Assembly (NCBI GenBank): GCA_030747125.1
Contig: JASLLI010000001.1
Location: 75,143-139,142, forward strand
Length of the DNA: 64,000 bases
Direction of reading: 5' to 3'
Origin: Fidelibacterota bacterium
GTDB lineage: Bacteria > Fidelibacterota > Marinisomatia > SCGC-AAA003-L08 > D37C17
Below are positions 57,121 through 64,000 of the stretch, in pieces. Under the pieces are notes generated by a model. It saw nothing but the letters and a program-made list of their open reading frames with translations. It had not been told where the DNA came from and did not search any database. Positions within the stretch are counted from its first letter, which is position 1. Each line of letters opens with the position of its first letter. Made by a program: the position numbers and the translations under genes.

Positions 57121-58630
57121 GTTGTATGCTATCCCATGCAGCAGGTAAAAAATATGGTAAATCAGAGGCAATTAATCCTTTTGAGGATGAAAATGCAGAG
57201 AATTGTTGCGCACATTCTCCATGCAGCCAGGTTCCAATTATGGCAGCATCATCACTATTATATCCATTTGAAAGCAAAGCTCCTATAACACCTGAAAGCA
57301 CATCACCGGTGCCTGCCGTGGCTAATAGTGAGTTGCCATGGTCATTTAATAAAATATCTCCAGTAGAAGTGACAATGATTGTTGTAGGACCCTTTAATAC
57401 CAGCACCCTCCCCTCTAAAATTGATATTATATTTTTAACTGCTTTTATTGGATCAGCGGTGACAGACTCTTTGTCCATTTTAAAAATCTGTGCAAATTCA
57501 TTATAATGCGGGGTGAGGACACAGCAGTCAGGTAACTCTGAGATGGAAAGATTACCTTCTGCCAAGGGGAGAAATCCTGCTGCATCTAACACTAAAGGAA
57601 TCTTCGTTTCTTTTAATATCTTGGCTTTCCATTGATTTTCCCCCATATCCATGGTTAATCCAGAACCGAAAACCATTGCATCAGACCAAGTTAATTCATC
57701 TGTTACCCTTTCAGCATTTTCTAAAGATAATGAACCAGGTATAAATTCAGGTACAGGCAAGGTAATCACTTCCGGGACATTGTTTTCTATAATAGCATAC
57801 AATGATTCCGGGATTATCATTTTTGCAATACCTGTTCCTGACTTAATCGCACCCTGAGCAGTAAGTAAAGCAGCTCCTGCATACCCTTTTGAACCGCATA
57901 TCAACAGGAGTTTCCCTTGCTTATATTTATGCGTATTTTCCATAGGCGCATGTAAGCGGTCTCTAATATCATCAATTTCTATTAATTGAATATTTTCTTT
58001 CGAAACTGCCTCTAATTTAAAACCGATATCTAATATTTCCAAAATTCCGGTATAATCCTTTCCCGTATTGAAAAAATGTCCTAACTTAGGGTTTCCCATG
58101 GTGAGCGTACATTGTGCCTGTATAGCATATCCCGCATCTATTCCGGTATTTGCAATGATTCCCGATGGAATATCAATGGAAATAATATTAGAACATAGTG
58201 ACAGTTGTTCCAAAACCGTGGCATATTTCCCTTCAATTTTTCTGTTTAATCCAATACCAATAATACCGTCGAGATACCACTCTGAAGTATCAAAAATTTT
58301 CTTTTCGCTTAGAAGGTTACATTTATCTTCAGGGATACGGTATTTTTTCACCAAATCATCTGTAAATTGAGTTTTGTTAATCAGAAATAAGGATGAGTTA
58401 GCTTCATATTCAAGTAAATATGCGTGAGCAATAATGGCATCTCCTCCATTATTCCCCACCCCTGCAATTATATTAAATTTCTGGTTAAAGGGATCTTTCA
58501 CATTTTCAATAATGAATTGGGCAATGGACTTCCCTGCATTATGCATAAGCTCGTTTTCTGAAAGATACCCTGATTCGATGGTATCCCTATCCAATGCATA
58601 GGCTGCTTCCCTGGTTAAGACAGGAATCAT
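57110..58630 (-). CDS. nnr: Bifunctional NAD(P)H-hydrate epimerase / ADP-dependent dehydratase
   Basis: 506 aa. YjeF-N (AGVGNNGGDA) and a carbohydrate-kinase-like C-terminal domain (ATAGTGDVLSG). Confidence 0.92.
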   Translation of the reverse strand: MIPVLTREAAYALDRDTIESGYLSENELMHNAGKSIAQFIIENVKDPFNQKFNIIAGVGNNGGDAIIAHAYLLEYEANSSLFLINKTQFTDDLVKKYRIPEDKCNLLSEKKIFDTSEWYLDGIIGIGLNRKIEGKYATVLEQLSLCSNIISIDIPSGIIANTGIDAGYAIQAQCTLTMGNPKLGHFFNTGKDYTGILEILDIGFKLEAVSKENIQLIEIDDIRDRLHAPMENTHKYKQGKLLLICGSKGYAGAALLTAQGAIKSGTGIAKMIIPESLYAIIENNVPEVITLPVPEFIPGSLSLENAERVTDELTWSDAMVFGSGLTMDMGENQWKAKILKETKIPLVLDAAGFLPLAEGNLSISELPDCCVLTPHYNEFAQIFKMDKESVTADPIKAVKNIISILEGRVLVLKGPTTIIVTSTGDILLNDHGNSLLATAGTGDVLSGVIGALLSNGYNSDDAAIIGTWLHGECAQQFSAFSSSKGLIASDLPYFLPAAWDSIQHVY

Positions 58631-58989
58631 GGAAGTATTAGTACCGCTGTTGCAGTAGCATAATCGCCTGAATGTGACACTGAAATTTGGTAGGTACCTA
58701 TATTCAAGTCCTCATTTTGTAAAGAAACAAAAGGTGCACCAGAGTCATCATTCAATATTTCAATTTGTTTTAAAATGCATTTATCCACTTTTTTTGAACT
58801 TAGAATAGCCTTTTTTACTGCTTCTTTGGCAGCAAATTTTCCACTATAGTGAATATCCGGAGATGCTTTTGCTTCACAAATTGTCTGCTCTTTTTCTGTG
58901 AACACATGATTTAGAAATCGTCTGCTTTGTTCTTCAATATTCTTTGCAATCCGGGGAATTAGTACGATATCAGTTCCTACAAAAATCAT
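58627..58989 (-). CDS. acpS: Holo-[acyl-carrier-protein] synthase
   Basis: 120 aa. MIFVGTDIV, FAAKEAVKKA, SVSHSGDYA. Confidence 0.93.
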   Translation of the reverse strand: MIFVGTDIVLIPRIAKNIEEQSRRFLNHVFTEKEQTICEAKASPDIHYSGKFAAKEAVKKAILSSKKVDKCILKQIEILNDDSGAPFVSLQNEDLNIGTYQISVSHSGDYATATAVLILP

Positions 58990-59669
58990 AGGTTATTTTC
59001 TTTATAAATAATTTTTAATAATTCCTTAATATCCATAATATCGTAATCTGCACCGGATTGCTCTGTACCAAATACATCTCCATACTTGGCAAAAGCTGTT
59101 TTCATGCCAACTTTTTTAGCTCCAATTACATCCCTTTCAGGCCAGTCTCCAATCATCAATGAGTTTTCCGGTGGAATATCCAAAAGTGTAGATATCCGTT
59201 TAAAGGGTTCCGGTGAAGGTTTATGCATTCCTGTATCATGGAAGGTGACTACAGCATCAAAAATATGATGCAGGTTCACTGAACAAATTCGCATCCAGGC
59301 CTCACGGCTTGGAGCATCAGAAACAACGCCTAATTTCAATCCCCACTTTGAGAGGGTAATGAGGGTACTGTTTACATTGGGGTATAAAATAAGAGAGGCT
59401 TCTTTTGCTTTTCGATAGGCTACAATTCCGGAAGCGAGTATTTTATAATCCAGTGATCCCGTTTCAAACTTTATAAATTCATCAAAAACTTCCTGATATT
59501 CCCAGCCTTTTGATTCATAAATCTCAAATATTTTGTCAAATGCAGGATCAAACTCAACGCTTAATCCTGCTTCAATCATACCATTGATGGCAGCCTCAAC
59601 AGCTTTGTTTTTCATATTCATGAAATCAAGCAGGGTATTATCTAAATCAAAAATTACAGCATTTATCAT
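58986..59669 (-). CDS. HAD-superfamily hydrolase
   Basis: 227 aa. Motif I VIFDLDNTL, motif II VVSDA, motif IV MIGDWPERD. Confidence 0.85.
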   Translation of the reverse strand: MINAVIFDLDNTLLDFMNMKNKAVEAAINGMIEAGLSVEFDPAFDKIFEIYESKGWEYQEVFDEFIKFETGSLDYKILASGIVAYRKAKEASLILYPNVNSTLITLSKWGLKLGVVSDAPSREAWMRICSVNLHHIFDAVVTFHDTGMHKPSPEPFKRISTLLDIPPENSLMIGDWPERDVIGAKKVGMKTAFAKYGDVFGTEQSGADYDIMDIKELLKIIYKENNL

Positions 59670-59680
59670 CGGATAAAATT

Positions 59681-59711
59681 AAATTAAAAAAAGGGCAATA
59701 AAATTGCCCTT
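59681..59711 (-). terminator. Rho-independent terminator after the TPR gene (potentially bidirectional)
   Basis: AAGGGCAAU-aaa-AUUGCCCUU, a perfect 9-bp stem. U-rich tracts follow it on both strands. Confidence 0.75.
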
Positions 59712-59740
59712 TTCTTTTTAAGTTGGAATTTATATTAGTA

Positions 59741-61027
59741 TTACAGTCCTTTATTTATCAAATTAAGTTCAAAATCTGCAGACTTTCTCCAATTTTTATC
59801 TTTTTTGGCTTTCTCAAATGCATCAATAGCAGCCACTTTATTTCCTAATGCTTTTTCTGCCATACCCAGTTCAAAATACGCCGGAGCATAATTCCGTTTT
59901 ATATTCAGGCATGATTTAGCAGATGATTTGGCATCTTCATACTTTTCTTTCAAGTTTAAAGCAGATGCTAATCTGTAATAGACATCGTAAGATTTTGGGT
60001 CAAGTTCTGTAGCTCTTGTATAATGATCAACTGCCATATCCAGGTTGCCAAGCTCCTGTTCAACATATCCAAGAGTACCTAATGCTTTCGCATAAGTAGG
60101 TTCTATCATTATAACTTGATTTAATGCAGTTCTGGCATCTTCAAGTTCTCCCGTTTTTAGCAATGCTGTCCCAAGGGAATAATAGGCCTTATAGTAATTA
60201 CCGTTTATGGAAATGGCTAAGTTATAATGGAGGATTGCATTTTCTAAATCCCCCATACCCTTGTAAATATCACCTAGCATTTTCTCAGACTGTTCCTGAT
60301 TGGGATCAACACTCAGATTTTTTTCAAGATATAATTTAGTATTTTCATAATCTTTCAATTTGAAATAGGTGCGGGCAATTTTAAACAATGCCGTGGTGTA
60401 TTCAGGAACATAGGAAATAGCTTTCAGATAATTTTCAATAGCTGCATCAAACTCCTGACGGCGGTATTCCGTATCTCCATTTTTCGCCATTTCTTGGGCA
60501 ATGGCTTTAATGGCTTTACTGTATTTGTCTTCAAATGGATTTAAAACTATTGCCTGTTTGTAATTATCCACTGCAAGATCATATTCACCATTGGCCTTAT
60601 AGATTCGCCCCAGGTTATAAAAGACGATAGCATGATTTTTAAAGTCCTGAGTTAATTTTTCGAATTCAATAATGGCATTTTCAATATCGCCGCTGTCAAA
60701 AGTTTTTCTGGCAGAGGTCATTCCATCTTTTAAAGCAACCAGGTTTTCTTGTTTTGCACGGTAATCTTCATTTTTTATATCTAATTCAATTGCTTTGTTG
60801 ATATTTTTATTGGCTCCATCCAGATTGTCTAGTTTTATGGCAATTTCTCCACCCAGGTAGTATAGCTCTGCATTTGAATCAAATTCAGATATTGCTTTTT
60901 CAAAACTCTCCTGAGCATGTTTATACTCCATCTCCGAAAGTAGAGATTTAATTTTTTCAAGATGGGCGTCAACACCTGCAATACCTATAGAAAAGACAGA
61001 AATTATAACTAATAATAATTTTTTCAC
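59741..61027 (-). CDS. Secreted TPR-repeat protein
   Basis: About 428 aa of consecutive TPR units. The ORF-track ATG is at 61042. The in-frame GTG at 61027 has GAGGAG 7 nt upstream and yields a classic MKKLLLVIISVFSIGIAG signal peptide. Confidence 0.8.
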   Translation of the reverse strand: MKKLLLVIISVFSIGIAGVDAHLEKIKSLLSEMEYKHAQESFEKAISEFDSNAELYYLGGEIAIKLDNLDGANKNINKAIELDIKNEDYRAKQENLVALKDGMTSARKTFDSGDIENAIIEFEKLTQDFKNHAIVFYNLGRIYKANGEYDLAVDNYKQAIVLNPFEDKYSKAIKAIAQEMAKNGDTEYRRQEFDAAIENYLKAISYVPEYTTALFKIARTYFKLKDYENTKLYLEKNLSVDPNQEQSEKMLGDIYKGMGDLENAILHYNLAISINGNYYKAYYSLGTALLKTGELEDARTALNQVIMIEPTYAKALGTLGYVEQELGNLDMAVDHYTRATELDPKSYDVYYRLASALNLKEKYEDAKSSAKSCLNIKRNYAPAYFELGMAEKALGNKVAAIDAFEKAKKDKNWRKSADFELNLINKGL

Positions 61028-61052
61028 TGTATTACTCCTCATTTAAAATGTG

Positions 61053-61136
61053 TGCTGAAGGTGGGATTTGAACCCACACAAGGTTTCCCTCACTGCCCCC
61101 TCAAGACAGCGTGTCTACCGATTCCACCACTTCAGC
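61053..61136 (-). tRNA. tRNA-Leu (anticodon GAG)
   Basis: Hand-folded 84-nt class II tRNA. Acceptor GCTGAAG/CTTCAGC, anticodon loop TTGAGGG, 15-nt variable arm, T arm GTGGGTTCAAATCCCAC. Confidence 0.9.
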
Positions 61137-61146
61137 AATTTATAAA

Positions 61147-61533
61147 CTATTCTGTTTCTTCAGCGGGGACAGCTTTAATCACATCTGCCTCAGGCTTTGC
61201 AGATTCTAGTGGCTTCAGGTCAACATTGGGAGAAGCAGAAGGAGAAACATTTCCCTTATTTCTACTGATTACCGGTTCTTTACTGAAATCTATTCTGGAT
61301 GAAGGATTATCCATCATACCAATCAGAATAGCCATTACCATAAAACCAACTGCTAATCCGCTGGTTATTTTCACTAGTAATTTGTCAGCACCCTGACCTC
61401 CAAAGGCTGTATTGATTGCCTGCCCACCCATGGCGGTTCCCATACCTCCGGTTTTACTGGATTGTAATAAAATAATTCCCATTAACAGAATACAAATTAT
61501 TACAAAGATGAAAATTGCGATACCGTATAACAT
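61147..61533 (-). CDS. secG: Preprotein translocase subunit SecG
   Basis: 128 aa. MLYGIAIFIFVIICILLMGIILLQSSKTGGMG, a second TM, and a Pro/Ser/Glu-rich tail. Confidence 0.9.
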   Translation of the reverse strand: MLYGIAIFIFVIICILLMGIILLQSSKTGGMGTAMGGQAINTAFGGQGADKLLVKITSGLAVGFMVMAILIGMMDNPSSRIDFSKEPVISRNKGNVSPSASPNVDLKPLESAKPEADVIKAVPAEETE

Positions 61534-61542
61534 TATTTCTCC

Positions 61543-62292
61543 TTAAAGTTGTTTATATATTGAATAAAATTTTTCTGCATCCAATGATGCACCCCCTATG
61601 AGGAAACCATCAACGCCCTTAATTTTTGCTAGTTCTTCCGCATTTGAATCAGATACACTGCCTCCATATAAAATGGGGAGTTTTTCACTATTAAATCCTA
61701 ACTCACTCACAATGTTTCTGATTTTTTGATGGGTTTCTGAAATGATATCTACAGTTGCGTTTACTCCGGTTCCAATAGCCCATACCGGTTCATAAGCAAC
61801 CACCATTCGGTTAAAATCTGCCGGTGATATATACTCAATAACTGCAGATAACTGTCGAGAAAGTACTAATTGAGTTTTTCCTTCATTCCGTTCTTCAATA
61901 GTCTCGCCGATACATAAAATCGGAAATAAGTTCTTGTTTAGAATTCTGCGCACTTTTGAGGCTATTTTCACATCCGATTCACCCATAATTCCGCGTCGCT
62001 CAGAATGACCGACAATTACCCATTTACACCCCATTTCCTGCAAATTTTCACAGGATATTTCCCCGGTAAATGCACCTTTGCTTTCTTCAGACACATTTTG
62101 AGCACCGAGTTCTGTACCGCTACCGTTTAACATTTGGCCCACTTTGGACAGCTCTGTAAAAGAGGGGCAGATTACAGTTTTTACAGAAGTATTTGTCAGA
62201 GATTTATTTTCCCAGTTTTGAATAAAGGATTCTGCATTGGAAAGAGTAAAGTTCATTTTCCAATTTGCGATACAATATTTTTGATTAGGCAT
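61543..62292 (-). CDS. tpiA: Triosephosphate isomerase
   Basis: IANWKMN, VIVGHSERR, YEPVWAIGTG motifs. The ORF-track start at 62331 is GTG inside pgk. The ATG at 62292 gives the family-typical N-terminus. Confidence 0.95.
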   Translation of the reverse strand: MPNQKYCIANWKMNFTLSNAESFIQNWENKSLTNTSVKTVICPSFTELSKVGQMLNGSGTELGAQNVSEESKGAFTGEISCENLQEMGCKWVIVGHSERRGIMGESDVKIASKVRRILNKNLFPILCIGETIEERNEGKTQLVLSRQLSAVIEYISPADFNRMVVAYEPVWAIGTGVNATVDIISETHQKIRNIVSELGFNSEKLPILYGGSVSDSNAEELAKIKGVDGFLIGGASLDAEKFYSIYKQL

Positions 62293-63475
62293 ATTGAAGT
62301 AAGGTTTCAAATGCGGGCAGAGTTTTTCCACTCATCATCTGCAGAGAAGCACCACCTCCAGTAGAAATATGAGAAAAACCATCCTGAATGCCGCTGTTCT
62401 TAATTGCAGAAGCTGTATCTCCCCCACCAATAATGGAAATAGTCCCATCTTCAGTTCTGTCCCTTACAATGGATGCAATTGCCTGAGTACCGGTAGCAAA
62501 CTCAGGGACTTCACATACTCCCATGGGCCCGTTCCAAATAATAGTTTGGCTGGCGGATAACATGAGTTCAAAATGTAAGGTAGTTTCCGGTCCTATATCA
62601 TATCCTGCTTCATTTGACTCTAACTTTTCGATATTCGCAATTCTCCAGGGGGTATCACCGGAAAGATCTGCTGCAGCAACCACATCTGTTGGCAGTACTA
62701 AGGACACATCCATTTTCTCTACTTTTGCTAAAATTTGCTCTGCAACTCCTAAACTTGATTCTTCAACAAGAGAAGCCCCAATATTTTTCCCCATCACTTT
62801 TAAAAATGTAAATGCCATTGCGCCACCAATCAAAATAGACTGAGCTTTAGGCAGCATGTTTTCAATGAGTTCAATTTTATCTGATATTTTAGCTCCACCT
62901 AAAATTATCGTCAGAGGTTTTGCAGGGTTAGACAATTTTTCACCAAGATACCTATATTCTTTTTCCATGAGAAATCCAAGGCAGGTTTCTTCCATAAATT
63001 GGGTTACCCCTACATTGGAAGCATGGCTGCGGTGGGCTGTACCAAAAGCATCATTCACATAAATATCAGCATGTTCAGCTAATTGTTGTGAGAATTTTTC
63101 ATCATTTTGTGTTTCACCGGGATGAAACCTCAGATTTTCAAGTAAATGTACTTCTCTGGGCAGCATTTGCTTACTGAGCCCGATAGCATCTTCGGAAATA
63201 CAGTCATCTGAGAACATCACCTCACGATCTAACAGTTCTTCCAATCGAAAGGCTACCGGGTCTAAACTAAGCGCAGGGACTACTTCTCCCTTTGGTCTGC
63301 CCAAATGCGACATTAAAACCACTGACGCACCTTCATTTAAACAATGGCGAATTGTGGGAAGGCTGGCTTTAATCCTGAAATCATCCTCCACCAATTCATT
63401 TATAAGTGGTACATTATAGTCCACACGGATTAATACCCGTTTTCCATTTAAATTAATATCTTTAATTGTATTCAT
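62285..63475 (-). CDS. pgk: Phosphoglycerate kinase
   Basis: 396 aa. RVDYNVPL, MSHLGRPKG, GGGDTA motifs. Confidence 0.97.
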   Translation of the reverse strand: MNTIKDINLNGKRVLIRVDYNVPLINELVEDDFRIKASLPTIRHCLNEGASVVLMSHLGRPKGEVVPALSLDPVAFRLEELLDREVMFSDDCISEDAIGLSKQMLPREVHLLENLRFHPGETQNDEKFSQQLAEHADIYVNDAFGTAHRSHASNVGVTQFMEETCLGFLMEKEYRYLGEKLSNPAKPLTIILGGAKISDKIELIENMLPKAQSILIGGAMAFTFLKVMGKNIGASLVEESSLGVAEQILAKVEKMDVSLVLPTDVVAAADLSGDTPWRIANIEKLESNEAGYDIGPETTLHFELMLSASQTIIWNGPMGVCEVPEFATGTQAIASIVRDRTEDGTISIIGGGDTASAIKNSGIQDGFSHISTGGGASLQMMSGKTLPAFETLLQYA

Positions 63476-63518
63476 TAAAATTGTCCAATAAACAGACCCG
63501 AAAATTACAGGGATTTAT

Positions 63519-64000
63519 TCAATTTACACTACTCTTATTCTTCAGCTTTGGAGTGCCCAATGTAAATATTCCAATCCATCGGCAGCCATTGTCTCTGAGT
63601 ACCTTTGCACAGGCATTGGCAGTTGAGCCTGTGGTGAGTACATCATCTACCAATAGTACGGCTTCCGGTAGAGCTGGCTTAGTTTCAAAGGCCATCTCCA
63701 TATTTTTTTGCCGTTGGTCAATATTTAATTGAGTTTGAGTTGAAGTATATTTTATCCTGTGCAGTTTATTTTTTACAACGGGAAGATTCCATTGGGGAGC
63801 TATCTGGTCCGCAATCAATTCAGCCTGATTAAAACCTCTGTCTCTCTGCTTTACTTTGTGCAATGGAATAACCATTGCAGCCATTTGAGAAATAGGTGGT
63901 AGAATACAATCCACTGACGCCGGCTGGATCAAATTTGGTAAAAAGTGATGCCATCCAGAGTATTTTAGTTGATGGACATACGCTTGTAAAACTTCGTCAA
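63519..64000 (-). CDS. comF: ComF-family phosphoribosyltransferase-fold protein (N-terminus off window)
   Basis: RGFNQAELIA and LLVDDVLTTGSTA PRT motifs. The same frame stays open upstream of the ORF-track TTG to the window end (...DEVLQAYVHQLKYSGWHHFLPNL...). Confidence 0.85.
   Translation of the reverse strand, partial: DEVLQAYVHQLKYSGWHHFLPNLIQPASVDCILPPISQMAAMVIPLHKVKQRDRGFNQAELIADQIAPQWNLPVVKNKLHRIKYTSTQTQLNIDQRQKNMEMAFETKPALPEAVLLVDDVLTTGSTANACAKVLRDNGCRWIGIFTLGTPKLKNKSSVN

Noticed and set aside
61052-61396. 114-aa plus-strand ORF (MLKVGFEPTQGFPHCPLKT...)
   Set aside because: Its first 85 nt are the reverse complement of the tRNA-Leu(GAG) gene. The rest is antisense to the well-supported secG. 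It is an artefactual shadow ORF.
1-64000. CRISPR arrays, IS elements or transposases, prophage genes, toxin-antitoxin pairs, restriction-modification or other defence systems, and rRNA genes
   Set aside because: I saw no spaced direct-repeat arrays or terminal inverted repeats. Every ORF longer than 100 aa outside shadow frames is accounted for by the listed genes. None of these element types is supported by the sequence.

Overview
This is an AT-rich, very gene-dense bacterial chromosomal segment. I count 59 protein-coding genes and 3 tRNAs. 61 of these 62 genes are on the minus strand. By my own feature table only about 1.9 kb (about 3%) is non-coding, and many junctions are 0-8 nt or overlapping start/stop codons.

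Content is overwhelmingly core housekeeping:
- Information processing: mutL, xerD-like, recN, comF, and nusA-infB-rbfA-truB-ribF-rpsO-pnp.
- Central and lipid metabolism: efp-accB-accC-gcvH-gcvPA, accA, purE, ald, pgk-tpiA-secG.
- Other: lgt, lepA, trkA/trkH, murA, acpS, nnr.

A T9SS C-terminal sorting domain, a GGGPS/PcrB-family gene, a TamB/Omp85 pair and frequent Shine-Dalgarno (SD) motifs suggest a streamlined, diderm, FCB-superphylum-like lineage. That is inference only, and I assign no taxon.

I found no CRISPR array, transposase, prophage, toxin-antitoxin pair or recognisable defence island, and no convincing wholly novel system. The observations most worth a second look are:
1. A GGGPS-family ether-lipid gene whose start overlaps the gcvPA stop.
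2. rbfA with no canonical start codon (an SD-positioned ATA overlapping the infB stop).
3. A GT2 glycosyltransferase fused to a WbaP-like phosphoglycosyl transferase with degenerate catalytic motifs.
4. A reduced MoxR-DUF58-BatD/DUF4381-like operon lying behind tamB-tamA-like genes.
5. An accA / acyl-CoA carboxyltransferase / split-AtuA cluster.
6. The lone plus-strand gene, a PHP-domain protein.

Several ORF-track starts are GTG or TTG. I revised them using SD positions and family N-termini.
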